A stretch of DNA of 64,000 nucleotides from an uncultured Bacteroidaceae bacterium (GCA_964572225.1 CAZNFR010000006.1:533-64532), one strand, 5' to 3'. Positions 1 through 10,045 are shown, counted from the stretch's first letter. Notes: generated by a model from the sequence alone, not told the origin. A program made the numbers and translations.

Positions 1-1420
1 TGGTAAGAGTCAGATGGCGGTTGTGAAAGATCATATCCGTATCTATATCATCCATGGGTACCAATCTGGCCTTTCCTTTCAGAATTTTCTCATTCCCGGT
101 ACTGCCCCTTTTCTCTTTTTTGGGTTCAGTCTCGAAAGGCAGTTTATTCAAATCTCCCGGCCTTTCCAGGTTTTCATATTTCATTTCGGGTCCGGTAATG
201 AATCCTGCCACTGCAGATGCTGCCACAACCTCAGGAGATGCGAGGTAAACCTCACCTTTTCCCTGTTTGCCGGGAAAGTTCCGGTTCCCTGTGCTGATGG
301 TTATTTCACCCGGACCATTCTGACCCACTTGTCCGGCAGCGCATCCGGCACATCCGGCATTTGAAAAAAGCGCCCCCGCCTCTTTCAGTACCTCAATCAA
401 ACCTTCGTCCAGGCACCTTTGCCAAACAAGATCGGTGGAAGGGACGACTTTCAATACCACTCCCTCTGCCACCTTTTTACCCTTCAGGATCCTTGCTGCA
501 GCCCGGATATCCTCTATCCTCCCATTGGTGCAGGATCCGATAAATGCGGAGTCTATCCATATTCTGCCTAATTCGGAAACTTTAGCAGTGTTGTGAGGTT
601 TACCGGGCCGGGAAACCATATGGGTAAATTCGCTGGCTTCCAGTTCAATGACCCTGGCATATTCGGCATTGATATCGGCCTTAATGGTTTCGAATCGAGT
701 CCTCGCCCTGGCTTCACAATACCGGATCACCTTTGCATTGGGAGTGAAAAACAAGATGATCGCCCCCAATTCGGTCGCCATGGATGAAATGGTAATTCTT
801 TGATCAAGAGTCAGATCCTCTACTGCTCGACCTTCCATTTCAACCGAATAACCCAACAATGCAGAGGAACCAAACCGATGAAGGAGATTCAGTGCAATAT
901 CCTTGGCACTAATATTCTTTCCGAACTTTCCGTTTATTACGATCTTGATGGACTCAGGAACTTTGAACCAAATCTTTCCTTTATTAAAAGCAGCCGTAAT
1001 ATCCATGTCACCCATGCCCTGACCAAAGGCACCTATGGCCCCGAGTATGTTGGCATGAGAATCGGTTGAAACTGCCGTAGATCCCGGATAGGCCAGTCCT
1101 TCATCAATTAAAATGTGCGTTCCTATCCCCTTATTGATATCATAAACACGGATACCCAGCTTTCTTGCATACATCCGGCAAATATGCTGATTAACCGCAT
1201 AATTCTGATCCGAGCCGGTGGGATTGCAATCGAATGTAAAGAAAGTCTTGTTTTTATCATTTATAGAAAGATCATGGTTGATAAGGTTTTTAACCACATT
1301 TGCTCCTCCAAAATCCCTAGCAACCCTTGCATCAATCTGAATGTTAATAATTTCACTCGGATTTACTTTAGATTTACCGGAATGAGAAGAAAAAATCTTT
1401 TCTATAAGTGTTTGTCCCAT
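1..1420 (-). CDS. Aconitase-family dehydratase: a LeuC/HacA-like large-subunit domain continuing into a LeuD-like swivel domain. The 3' end runs off the left edge of the window.
   Basis: Absent from the ORF track because no stop codon lies in the window. Hand translation of the minus strand from the ATG at 1420-1418 gives MGQTLIEKIFSSHSGK..., with an open frame down to base 2 (473 codons). Aconitase-family signatures are present: AVSTDSHANILG (about 1040-1075), SAFIGSCTNGRIEDI (about 505-550) and NAGCAGCAAGQ (about 330-365). The last residues, KARLVPMDDIDTDMIFHNRHL, look like the start of a small-subunit domain. The + strand ORFs at 14..1480 are antisense shadows. Confidence 0.75.
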   Translation of the reverse strand, partial: MGQTLIEKIFSSHSGKSKVNPSEIINIQIDARVARDFGGANVVKNLINHDLSINDKNKTFFTFDCNPTGSDQNYAVNQHICRMYARKLGIRVYDINKGIGTHILIDEGLAYPGSTAVSTDSHANILGAIGAFGQGMGDMDITAAFNKGKIWFKVPESIKIVINGKFGKNISAKDIALNLLHRFGSSALLGYSVEMEGRAVEDLTLDQRITISSMATELGAIILFFTPNAKVIRYCEARARTRFETIKADINAEYARVIELEASEFTHMVSRPGKPHNTAKVSELGRIWIDSAFIGSCTNGRIEDIRAAARILKGKKVAEGVVLKVVPSTDLVWQRCLDEGLIEVLKEAGALFSNAGCAGCAAGQVGQNGPGEITISTGNRNFPGKQGKGEVYLASPEVVAASAVAGFITGPEMKYENLERPGDLNKLPFETEPKKEKRGSTGNEKILKGKARLVPMDDIDTDMIFHNRHLTLT

Positions 1421-1603
1421 AGGTCCTTTTTCTTCAAAAATAATGGAAAAAAAAAGTTCCTGAGGTTTTCCCGGGTGTAATTAATCATGTTTTGCAATAG
1501 GGGTAGGCTAATTCAGAATTATAATCGCCTGTTATAACGGACTTTAAGAATATTCCCAACAGAAGCCAATATCCCCTATTTTTAATAGCTTTGCTTCCTG
1601 CAA

Positions 1604-2794
1604 ATGACAAATCCTACACATGGAAATATAACCCGTCTTTACCTGATAAAGATTGCCAAATGGTTCATGCTCTACATGCCATTTGTGGTTCCTTTCTATA
1701 GCCAAAACGGGTTTGGAATGAAGGAAGTCCTGCTTCTTCAGGGGATTTATTCTATCACCATTGTCGTTCTGGAGATCCCCTCAGGATATTTTGCAGATGT
1801 TCTAGGTAGAAAAAAAACTCTGGTTATTGGAGCCTTTATGGGATTTGCAGGATTTCTCACTTATTCTTTATCCAGTGGACTATGGGGTTTTCTCATCGCT
1901 GAGATCATTCTTGGAATAGGGCAAAGTCTGGTTTCAGGTGCCGACTCTGCGATGTTGTATGACAGCCTTCTGGATATGAAAAAGGAAAAGGAGTATATAA
2001 AGTACGAAGGGCGAATTACTTCCCTGGGAAATATCGCTGAAGCTGTTGCAGGCATAATCGGGGGGCTTCTTGCCGGATTAACACTTAGAGCCCCCTATAT
2101 AGGTCAGTCACTGGTAGCATTCATTGCCATTCCTGCTGCCCTTACCCTGGTTGAGCCAACCCGGCACAAGACTATGGTTATAATGAAGTTCAGGGATATT
2201 CTCGGAATTGTAAAATACAGCTTGTGGGAAAATAAGGTCCTGCTCCGAAATATCTATTTTTCAGCCCTTATCGGAACCGCTACCCTCACCATGGCCTGGT
2301 TTGCACAACCCATTTTCCAGAGGATGGAATTGCCCATAGAGTGGTTTGGGTTTCTCTGGTCTGCATTAAATCTGACCGTTGGCTTTGCAGCAGCACTGGC
2401 TCACCGGATCGAAAGCCGTTTAGGAGAGGTCCGTTCCATTCTGATCATTGGGATATTTATCCCCCTGGGGTACCTGTTTGCAGGTCCCATTCACGGTTAT
2501 TTTGCCCTAATGGTTCTCTTTTTCTTTTATATCATCAGGGGATTTGCAACACCGGTTTTAAAGGATTATATCAACAGAATGGCCGATTCTGCACGCAGAG
2601 CAACCATTCTTTCCATCCGGAATTTTATTATCCGGTTAAATTTTGCATTTATTGGTCCATTGCTGGGTTGGTACACAGACAAATATACACTTCAGCAGGC
2701 CCTTACGCTTGCGGGGATTATTTTTCTGATCCTCTCATTGTTCACCCTCACTCTTTTTATAATGGCACTGCGGAGTACTAAATCTCAAGTGTAA
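1604..2794 (+). CDS. MFS-type membrane transporter
   Basis: 396-aa ORF that is hydrophobic throughout, with many helix-length segments and short basic loops (e.g. DVLGRKKT after the second helix, an MFS motif-A-like position). Confidence 0.75.
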   Translation: MTNPTHGNITRLYLIKIAKWFMLYMPFVVPFYSQNGFGMKEVLLLQGIYSITIVVLEIPSGYFADVLGRKKTLVIGAFMGFAGFLTYSLSSGLWGFLIAEIILGIGQSLVSGADSAMLYDSLLDMKKEKEYIKYEGRITSLGNIAEAVAGIIGGLLAGLTLRAPYIGQSLVAFIAIPAALTLVEPTRHKTMVIMKFRDILGIVKYSLWENKVLLRNIYFSALIGTATLTMAWFAQPIFQRMELPIEWFGFLWSALNLTVGFAAALAHRIESRLGEVRSILIIGIFIPLGYLFAGPIHGYFALMVLFFFYIIRGFATPVLKDYINRMADSARRATILSIRNFIIRLNFAFIGPLLGWYTDKYTLQQALTLAGIIFLILSLFTLTLFIMALRSTKSQV

Positions 2795-3548
2795 GTCCGT
2801 CTGATGCGAGGATAACGTTGGATGGAAGCTCACTTTGAACTTCACTATGCAGCCCCATTTGATGACTAATGTGTGTGAGGTAAGCTCTTCTGGGACTCAA
2901 TTCCTCAATAAGCTTAAGTGCTTCATCAAGAGTGTAATGAGATATATGTTGTTCTTTCCTGAGTGCATTTATTACGAAATACTTTACTCCAAGCAACTTT
3001 TCCTTTTCTTCTTCAGAAATATAATTTACATCGGTAAGGTAGGCGAAATCCCCAATCCTGAATCCAAGGACAGGCAAGCGGTAGTGCATGGCACGAACCG
3101 GGATTATCTCCAAACTTCCAATTCGAAACGCTTCATTATCAATAATATGATTGTTTAATTGTGGAACTCCGGGATACTTGTTTTCCGTAAAAATATAGGG
3201 GAATTCATGTTTTAGTGCATTAAATACTCTTTCTTCACTGTAGACGTCCATCGGCTTCTGCTGTCTGAAGTTATAGGGACGTATATCATCAAGTCCGGCT
3301 ACATGATCCCTGTGCTCATGGGTGAAAAGGACAGCATCCAATCGCTTTATTCCGGCATTCAGCATCTGCATTCTGAAATCGGGACCGGTATCAATAACCA
3401 GGTTTATTTCTCCTGAACGGACAAAAACCGAGGTTCTCATTCGCTTATCTTCAGGTGCTGTTGAATTACAAACTTTGCAATCACATCCAATCACAGGGAC
3501 TCCCTGTGATGTTCCCGTACCTAAAAAAATTATATCCACCACTACCAA
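2778..3548 (-). CDS. MBL-fold metallo-hydrolase
   Basis: 256-aa ORF with the metallo-beta-lactamase HxHxDH signature (FTHEHRDHVAG) and an N-terminal LGTGTSQGVP strand. It overlaps the 3' end of the convergent MFS gene by 17 nt. Confidence 0.8.
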   Translation of the reverse strand: MVVVDIIFLGTGTSQGVPVIGCDCKVCNSTAPEDKRMRTSVFVRSGEINLVIDTGPDFRMQMLNAGIKRLDAVLFTHEHRDHVAGLDDIRPYNFRQQKPMDVYSEERVFNALKHEFPYIFTENKYPGVPQLNNHIIDNEAFRIGSLEIIPVRAMHYRLPVLGFRIGDFAYLTDVNYISEEEKEKLLGVKYFVINALRKEQHISHYTLDEALKLIEELSPRRAYLTHISHQMGLHSEVQSELPSNVILASDGLTLEI

Positions 3549-3637
3549 AAATTAATTTACGAATTTAGAAAAAATGAAAGGAAGAGTTCTATACTTGTCC
3601 AATAAACTTGGTATTTTTAAACCCAGGTCCGAAAACT

Positions 3638-4342
3638 ATGAGCGGAAAACTCTATTTAATCCCAAATACCCTTGGAGGGGAAAATTTGACGGAGATCCTT
3701 CCTCCTGCCCTTCCTTCCACTTTAAATCAAATTACCCATTATATAGTTGAAAATGAACGTAATGCAAGAAGGTTTTTGTTGAAATGCGGATACGACAGGG
3801 GAATTGACAATACCCAATTCTTTATTCTAAATAAACATACATCTGGCGGGGAAGTAGCCAAAATGCTTGATCCCTGCATTTCCGGAGAAGATATGGGTGT
3901 TATAAGTGAAGCGGGAATGCCCGGTATAGCCGACCCTGGTGCCGAAATTGTAGCTTTAGCTCATGCCAAACAAATAAAAGTAATTCCATTTACCGGGCCT
4001 TCTTCCATCATTCTTTCCCTTTCGGCCTCGGGATTCAACGGACAGGAATTTCGTTTTCACGGTTATCTGCCGGTTCAGGATAAACAAAGAGCAGCCAAAA
4101 TCCGGGAAATGTGTTTGGATATTTTCAAAAGCGGAGAAAGCCAGATCTTTATAGAAACCCCCTACCGGAATAATAATTTGCTTGAATCCCTGATTAAAAA
4201 TACCTCGCCCGGGATCAAACTGTGCGTGGCGTGTGACCTGACGCTGTCCACTGAATTCATCTCCACGAAAGAAATTCACAACTGGAAGAAACAAAAGCCG
4301 GACTTACATAAAAGACCGGCCGTATTTATTCTCGGAAAATAG
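3638..4342 (+). CDS. SAM-dependent methyltransferase with a tetrapyrrole-methylase (RsmI/YraL-like) fold
   Basis: The ORF track starts at TTG 3608; I prefer ATG 3638 (MSGKLYLIPNTLGG...). The N-terminal LYLIPxxLG and the ISEAGMPGIADPG motif are typical of this methylase superfamily. Confidence 0.65.
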   Translation: MSGKLYLIPNTLGGENLTEILPPALPSTLNQITHYIVENERNARRFLLKCGYDRGIDNTQFFILNKHTSGGEVAKMLDPCISGEDMGVISEAGMPGIADPGAEIVALAHAKQIKVIPFTGPSSIILSLSASGFNGQEFRFHGYLPVQDKQRAAKIREMCLDIFKSGESQIFIETPYRNNNLLESLIKNTSPGIKLCVACDLTLSTEFISTKEIHNWKKQKPDLHKRPAVFILGK

Positions 4343-4346
4343 CAGA

Positions 4347-5276
4347 TCACTTCCATTCCTTGAGCTCAACATCATATACCAGATAGGAATAGGGTGGAAT
4401 GGGTCCTTTTGTGGTAAGGGTCGAATTTGAAAAACCTCCCGGACCGAAACCGATGTCCCAGGGAACAATCAACTTGGCAACCCCGCCTTCCTTCATATAG
4501 GATATTCCTTCCTGAAGGCCTTCCGTTACCCCGGTATTTATGATTTCCATCTGAACATCAAGATCGGATTCATCCATAAAAACTCCCCCCCCAAGAATCC
4601 TGCCGGTAACATCAACGGTGGCAGTTGCACCGAAGCTTGCACTATCACCGCTTCCTTCAATGATAGAAATAAAATGCAAGCCTGAAGTCGTTGTATCCTG
4701 AGGAAAATCATTGGCTTCCAGGTAATCCGATGTCTTGTCCAACTGGTCCTGAACTGGATCCTCAATAATTTCAATCAATTCCACATCAATGATCAATGAG
4801 CTGTAGGGAGGTATGCCCTGGAACCGGTTACCTCCAAAACCCAGTTCGGATGAAAAAATCAGTCTCACCTTTCCTCCTTCTTTCATTAACCTCAATCCCT
4901 CATTCAGTCCGTCAATGTTCGTTGGAATCGCAACTTTGGTGGGACCGTAAAGATAATTATCAATAAAGATGTCATTCTCCGTGGCAACGGAAGAACGCGT
5001 TGTAGAGCGTATCTGCTCCCCGTCCACAAGATAAATGGTATAGTGAATACTTACCCAATCTCCGGCTACGGGACTTTCAAAACCAGTTCCCGCCTCTTCC
5101 TCGATATAGTATAAACCTGCAGAAGTTGGCTCAACGGTAATGTTGTTGGTCTCCAGGTAATTATTCAATATCCTCAGTTCCAGTTCACGGAGCTCGGAGT
5201 CGTCTTCCTTAATGCATCCCGATAAAACACTTAAAAAGAGGAGCATAACTAAAAACCGGAATGGAATTGTTTTCAT
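4347..5276 (-). CDS. FKBP-type peptidyl-prolyl isomerase lipoprotein with two FKBP-like modules
   Basis: Signal peptide plus lipobox (LSVLSGC). Two FKBP-like modules end in GIPPYSSLIIDVELIEI and GPIPPYSYLVYDVELKEW. Confidence 0.8.
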   Translation of the reverse strand: MKTIPFRFLVMLLFLSVLSGCIKEDDSELRELELRILNNYLETNNITVEPTSAGLYYIEEEAGTGFESPVAGDWVSIHYTIYLVDGEQIRSTTRSSVATENDIFIDNYLYGPTKVAIPTNIDGLNEGLRLMKEGGKVRLIFSSELGFGGNRFQGIPPYSSLIIDVELIEIIEDPVQDQLDKTSDYLEANDFPQDTTTSGLHFISIIEGSGDSASFGATATVDVTGRILGGGVFMDESDLDVQMEIINTGVTEGLQEGISYMKEGGVAKLIVPWDIGFGPGGFSNSTLTTKGPIPPYSYLVYDVELKEWK

Positions 5277-5351
5277 AGTGACAAATTTTTACTATTCGAT
5301 TAATTAAAATCTAGATGCAAAGTTATATGAATTGGTTGCCGATTCTTAACA

Positions 5352-6209
5352 TTATTCTACATTTATTATTTGAACTTCATAAATCACTACGGAATAAGGT
5401 GGTACAATTCCCGTTGAGGACCCCTCTGAGCCATAAGCCAGGGAAGACGGAAGAATAACCATACAATGGTCTCCCTCCCGCATATCACCGACCGCTTTTT
5501 CAAGACCTTCAATAAGGAAAAATTCTGATCCGTAAAGGAAGTCGACAGGACCTTTGGGTCTTTTTGTTCCTTCAAAAAATTTGCCTTTAAGAAATCTGCC
5601 CTCATAATGCAGGCTTACATACTTCCCCTCACCGACCCAAGGGCCATTGCCCCGTTTCAGAAATGTAAGGTAATACCCGTCCTTGAATACCACTTCTTCC
5701 AAACCAGACTCAGAAATATATTTTTCAATCTTTTCCCTTTCTGTCAGGTTGTACTCTTTCAGCCATTCAAGAAAGAGCTTTTTTTCCTCCTCAAATTCCT
5801 TCTCAGATTGAACCGATAAAAGCTTGAGGCTGATTTTCACAAAGTTTTCATCCTTGAGAAATTCAGGCACTTCCCGGCTCAGTGTTTGATGAAAAAACAT
5901 GGATGGAGGAACAAGCAGACTGAGACTGTCTCCGCATAGGATACCGGAAAGAAAACGGCTGAAAACATCATGGTTCACGTCTTCGAGCCGGATTGTCCTG
6001 ATTCCGGAAAAAAACAGAGAATCTTCCATTTTCAGATAGGAAAGGTTAAGGGTCAGGTAATCGCCCGGCACAGGTGATGAACCCTCATCCCCAAAGGAAT
6101 GTAACCTAAAAAAAACATCCCCCTCAAAGTGGCGGTACCCTCTGGTCTCACGAAATTTACAAGAGTTTAAGGAAAGAAAAATACCTATGACCAATACAAC
6201 CCTAATCAT
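5352..6209 (-). CDS. FKBP-type peptidyl-prolyl isomerase, exported, with a C-terminal FKBP domain
   Basis: N-terminal signal with Cys (LSLNSC). The C-terminal FKBP signature is GLEKAVGDMREGDHCMVILPSSLAYG...IVPPYSVVIYEVQI. Confidence 0.7.
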   Translation of the reverse strand: MIRVVLVIGIFLSLNSCKFRETRGYRHFEGDVFFRLHSFGDEGSSPVPGDYLTLNLSYLKMEDSLFFSGIRTIRLEDVNHDVFSRFLSGILCGDSLSLLVPPSMFFHQTLSREVPEFLKDENFVKISLKLLSVQSEKEFEEEKKLFLEWLKEYNLTEREKIEKYISESGLEEVVFKDGYYLTFLKRGNGPWVGEGKYVSLHYEGRFLKGKFFEGTKRPKGPVDFLYGSEFFLIEGLEKAVGDMREGDHCMVILPSSLAYGSEGSSTGIVPPYSVVIYEVQIINVE

Positions 6210-6217
6210 GACAATTT

Positions 6218-6733
6218 TTAGTAGACCCTTACTCTATAAAATAATATTGCATCCCGGGAAATATTCCTTTCCGGGTCTCCAAAGGTTCCATAAGCTAGAT
6301 GAGGAGGTATTAAAAAAATTGCACTATCCCCTTGCGAGAGCAGCAGCAGACCTTCTTCCATCCCCGTCTCAATCTGGCCTTCCCCCAGCTTGATGCTTAC
6401 CGGACCTTCTGAACTCGTAGATTTGATCAATTCCCCGTTTATAAGATGTTGATCAAAAGCAAGGGAAATCCGATCTCCATGCTCTAATGCAGAACCCTCA
6501 CCCTTTTCAATAATTTTGTACCAAACCCCTGAACTTGTCCGACTGGCCTCCCAACTATTTCTCCGGCAAAAATTCCGGATGTGCTGATCATTTTTCCTGA
6601 CCAGGTATTGGTTGATCTTTATCAACCTGGTTTCAATCCAGCCAGCATTGGGAACTCTTTGGGAAACCTCCCCTGGGCCACAGGACATGCAAAGAGAAAA
6701 CAGAACCAGAATTATTGGGTATTTTGTCTTCAT
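6218..6733 (-). CDS. FKBP-type peptidyl-prolyl isomerase lipoprotein
   Basis: Lipobox (LCMSC). The FKBP core is GMEEGLLLLSQGDSAIFLIPPHLAYG. This is the third consecutive FKBP gene on the same strand. Confidence 0.75.
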   Translation of the reverse strand: MKTKYPIILVLFSLCMSCGPGEVSQRVPNAGWIETRLIKINQYLVRKNDQHIRNFCRRNSWEASRTSSGVWYKIIEKGEGSALEHGDRISLAFDQHLINGELIKSTSSEGPVSIKLGEGQIETGMEEGLLLLSQGDSAIFLIPPHLAYGTFGDPERNISRDAILFYRVRVY

Positions 6734-6785
6734 TCACAAAAAACGGATAATAATTGAATCAGGTATAAAAGTAGGGATTTCTTTC

Positions 6786-7808
6786 TTAGTCGGAAAGTTC
6801 TTTACGGTAGTCATTTAATAATCCAAGAAATCGTTCGACAGCAGCCTCAAGAGGTTTATCCCATTCCCCACCCGCTGCATTTAAGTGTCCACCTCCCCTG
6901 AAGTATTTCCCGGAAAAAAGGTTGGCGGGAAAGTTTCCGCGAGACCGGAAGGAGATTTTAACATGGTCTTCTTTCTCAATAAATAAAGCCGTAAACCGTA
7001 TTCCCTTAATGGAAAAGGGCAGGTTTACGAAACCTTCAGTATCCCCTTTTTGGTGATTGTACCGGTTGAGCTCCTCCAGTGAGAGACTTATGTAAGCTGT
7101 ATTAAACTCCGGTACAACCTGCATTTTATCTTTCAGGCAATACCCCATCAGACGCATACGGTCTTCGGAATAATTATCATATATTTTGGCTGATACAGCA
7201 TCCCGGTCAATATTATATCTTAACAGTTCGGCTACATTCTCCCAGACCTCAGGGTAGGAACAGGAAAAACTGAAATTTCCGGTATCCGTCATAATTCCCG
7301 TATAGATTGCTTCGGCAATTCCAGTATCAATTTCATTCTTCCATCCCAGTTCCTTTATCAGTAGGTAAATTAATTCGGCAGCAGATCCCAAATGGGTAAG
7401 AGTGGCATTAACAGTATAAAACTTTTGTGGATTTGGATGATGATCCAGCAAAATGATGTATTTCCCCGAATCCGAAATCATATCTGCAGCTTTATCCAGT
7501 CTGTCAATATCGTTAAAATCCACACATACAATGATATCCGCCTTAGAAACGCTATCTTTGATCCTGTTTTCATGATAATTGTAAATCATGATATCCTGAG
7601 ATCCCGGAATCCATTTCAGAAAACCTGGATAATTATTAGGAGTGAAGGAACTAACTTTTTTACCCTTCTTCTTCAGAACTGAGGCCAGGGCAGCAGTGGA
7701 GCCAATGGCATCCCCATCAGCATTGAAATGTGTCGCAATCACGACATTCTTCGCAGACAGGATCCTGTTTTTAAGTTCTTCAGGAAATATTGAGGATGGA
7801 TGATTCAC
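6786..7808 (-). CDS. nrnA: DHH/DHHA1 phosphoesterase, NrnA-like oligoribonuclease/pAp phosphatase
   Basis: DHH-family motifs are present: HFNADGDAIGS, DFND, LLDHHPN, and the DHHA1 motif GGGHLNAAGG near the C-terminus. Confidence 0.8.
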   Translation of the reverse strand: MNHPSSIFPEELKNRILSAKNVVIATHFNADGDAIGSTAALASVLKKKGKKVSSFTPNNYPGFLKWIPGSQDIMIYNYHENRIKDSVSKADIIVCVDFNDIDRLDKAADMISDSGKYIILLDHHPNPQKFYTVNATLTHLGSAAELIYLLIKELGWKNEIDTGIAEAIYTGIMTDTGNFSFSCSYPEVWENVAELLRYNIDRDAVSAKIYDNYSEDRMRLMGYCLKDKMQVVPEFNTAYISLSLEELNRYNHQKGDTEGFVNLPFSIKGIRFTALFIEKEDHVKISFRSRGNFPANLFSGKYFRGGGHLNAAGGEWDKPLEAAVERFLGLLNDYRKELSD

Positions 7809-7964
7809 ACCATAATTTTTAGTTGCAGGGGAAATTACAAATAAATCAAAGTTTAATTTTATTTTTTTATAACAAAAGCACTGTATCCTTACTATTTCAT
7901 AATCATTGTAGTAATCTTAGTAAACCAATTCAACGCAATTTTGTTTATTACCTTTGTTTAATCG

Positions 7965-7972
7965 TAAATTTG
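7965..7972 (+). promoter_or_regulatory. Candidate Bacteroidota -7 promoter box (TAAATTTG) for ndk
   Basis: Matches TAnnTTTG, 23 nt upstream of the ndk ATG. A TTTG lies at 7940-7943, about the expected -33 distance. Confidence 0.4.
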
Positions 7973-7994
7973 TGGAATTTCCAAATTAAATGCA

Positions 7995-8438
7995 ATGAAA
8001 GGCAAAATTACCCTGACCATCATCAAACCGGGCGCAGTTCTGAATGAATACATAGGCCCCATCCTCAATATGATCCATGAAAAAGGATTTCATATTGCCG
8101 CTTTAAAACTAACCCGCCTAACCCGAAAGCAGGCGGAATTGTTTTACGCCGTTCATAAGGGTCGCCCTTTTTACGAAGGCCTTGTTGATTTTATGACATC
8201 AGGCCCCATCGTTGTAGCAATCCTTGAAAAAGAAAATGCGGTGGAAGATTACAGGAAACTAATTGGCTCCACAGATCCTGCAAAAGCCGAAGAGGGGACC
8301 ATACGAAAACTCTTCGCTGAATCCATGCAGAAAAATGCGGTACATGGATCAGACTCTGATGACAATGCAATTGAAGAATGCAATTTCTTTTTTGCCAACA
8401 GCGAAAGATTCTACAAAGCAGAAGATTGTTGCGGATAG
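7995..8438 (+). CDS. ndk: Nucleoside-diphosphate kinase
   Basis: Classic Ndk sequence: [21 protein letters not shown], and the active-site NAVHGSDS. Confidence 0.9.
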   Translation: MKGKITLTIIKPGAVLNEYIGPILNMIHEKGFHIAALKLTRLTRKQAELFYAVHKGRPFYEGLVDFMTSGPIVVAILEKENAVEDYRKLIGSTDPAKAEEGTIRKLFAESMQKNAVHGSDSDDNAIEECNFFFANSERFYKAEDCCG

Positions 8439-8461
8439 TGATTGAAGGGCACTAACCGGTA

Positions 8462-8752
8462 TTATCTGAGAACGATATCTGAAATCACTTCCCTCCCGGC
8501 CTTTTCATTAAGTTTTTTCAGGATATCATTTTTGATCATCATCAATTCGTGGCGGATAACTGAGGAAGTCAGGTGTACGTAAAGGACCCCATTACGGATA
8601 TAAAGATCCTGCGTCGCTCTTGACACATTTTTACCCAGAAGTTCATTCCATCCGTTAATAAGTCTGCTCTCCGAAAGTCGGTCCTCCAGTCCCTGCTCTT
8701 TGATAAGCATTTGAATGATCTCTTCAATTTTAAGGGTTTTACTCTTTCTCAT
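8462..8752 (-). CDS. DUF721 (DciA-like) protein
   Basis: 96-aa ORF immediately downstream of recF, overlapping it by 14 nt. This is the usual position of DUF721/DciA-family genes. The W-x-E-L-L-G-K...A motif region is present. Confidence 0.7.
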   Translation of the reverse strand: MRKSKTLKIEEIIQMLIKEQGLEDRLSESRLINGWNELLGKNVSRATQDLYIRNGVLYVHLTSSVIRHELMMIKNDILKKLNEKAGREVISDIVLR

Positions 8753-9857
8753 GAAGTATTTTAATTTCCTGATTTTCCATTATACCAAAGAGCTTATAGG
8801 ACCCATTTACTCTTTGTAGAATGGATTTCATTCTATTTTCATCAGTATCGGTGATGAATATTTGTCCAAAATTTTCTTCAAAGACCAATCTTATGATCTG
8901 CTCAACTCTTTGATGGTCAAATTTATCGAAAATATCATCCAGAAGTAATATGGGGCTGATTCCGGATACATTTTGAATAAACTCAAATTTAGCGAGTTTA
9001 AGTGCCACCTGAAAGGTTTTCTGTTGCCCTTGTGATCCCGATTTTTTAAGGGAATAACCGGAAATCAGCATTTCCAGATCATCTCTGTGAATTCCAAGAG
9101 AGGAGTACTGAAGGATCCGGTCTTTTTCACGGCATGCCTTTAATAATCCCAACATTTCCCCCTTGTCCAACTGCGACTGAAATGAAAGGCTGACCTCTTC
9201 CCTTTCTCCGGATATATAACGGTAATACTTTGAAAAAACAGGGATCAGCTCCGAAACAAAGGCCTTTCTTTTCGCATAGATCTCCTGACCAGCATTACTA
9301 AGTTGCTCATCGTACACATCCAGCATAGACAAATCGGAAGAGCGGCTGCTGGCAAGGGTTTTTAAATACTTATTGCGCTGATTAAGAATCCGGTTATACA
9401 GGAGCAGACTTTCAAGATAATCCCGGTCGAACTGTGAAATCACTCCGTTTATGAACCTTCTTCTTTCTTCTCCTCCCGACTGGATAAGGTTGAAATCGGA
9501 AGGAGAGATCATAACCAGCGGAATCAGTCCGATGTGTTCGGATAGTTTACCGTAATCTTTTTTATTTCTCTGAAACTTTTTACGCTTGCTTCGTTGAATG
9601 CCACAATAGATATGCTCAGGTTTTCCATTATCCTGGAATTCACCCTGAATAATACCGAACTCGCACTCATGAAGGATATTCTGACTGTCCACCGGATTGA
9701 AATAACTTTTGCACAGAGCCAGATAATGCATAGAATCCAAAAGATTGGTCTTTCCGCAGCCATTTTCTCCCACAAAACAATTAATTCTGGGATTCATTGC
9801 AAGCTTAGCTTCCCGGTAGTTCTTAAAATTAACCAGCGATAGTTCCTTCAGATACAT
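8739..9857 (-). CDS. recF: DNA replication and repair protein RecF
   Basis: MYLKELSLVNFKNY, Walker A GENGCGKTNLLD, an SMC-like signature (LKKSGSQGQQKT) and Walker B LLLDDIFDKFD. Confidence 0.9.
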   Translation of the reverse strand: MYLKELSLVNFKNYREAKLAMNPRINCFVGENGCGKTNLLDSMHYLALCKSYFNPVDSQNILHECEFGIIQGEFQDNGKPEHIYCGIQRSKRKKFQRNKKDYGKLSEHIGLIPLVMISPSDFNLIQSGGEERRRFINGVISQFDRDYLESLLLYNRILNQRNKYLKTLASSRSSDLSMLDVYDEQLSNAGQEIYAKRKAFVSELIPVFSKYYRYISGEREEVSLSFQSQLDKGEMLGLLKACREKDRILQYSSLGIHRDDLEMLISGYSLKKSGSQGQQKTFQVALKLAKFEFIQNVSGISPILLLDDIFDKFDHQRVEQIIRLVFEENFGQIFITDTDENRMKSILQRVNGSYKLFGIMENQEIKILHEKE

Positions 9858-10045
9858 ATCTGTTTTTTAATCTCCAAAATTACGAAAAGTATTAACCCGG
9901 GTAAACGGAAAACGGATCAATTCTTACATTCAAAACATTGAGAACTAAATCCAGGCTTGGATAATCATTATCCCATTCTGAAACAGAGCTTTACTAAATC
10001 CTATTGTTTGTTAGTTGAAAATGCTGAATTTTGATAAAAAAAAAT

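Noticed and set aside
14-1480. Five + strand ORFs of 60-121 aa in the ORF track (14..364, 361..543, 593..787, 800..1069, 1115..1480)
   Set aside because: They tile the antisense strand of a continuous 473-codon aconitase-family frame with clear catalytic motifs. Their composition is odd (F/I/R/C-rich) and they contain no motifs.
8390-8438. Ndk C-terminal extension ending ...[13 protein letters not shown] (terminal Cys-Cys-Gly)
   Set aside because: It is short and unalignable by eye. It could simply be lineage-specific tail variation, and there is no evidence for a lipidation or metal motif in a cytoplasmic bacterial enzyme.
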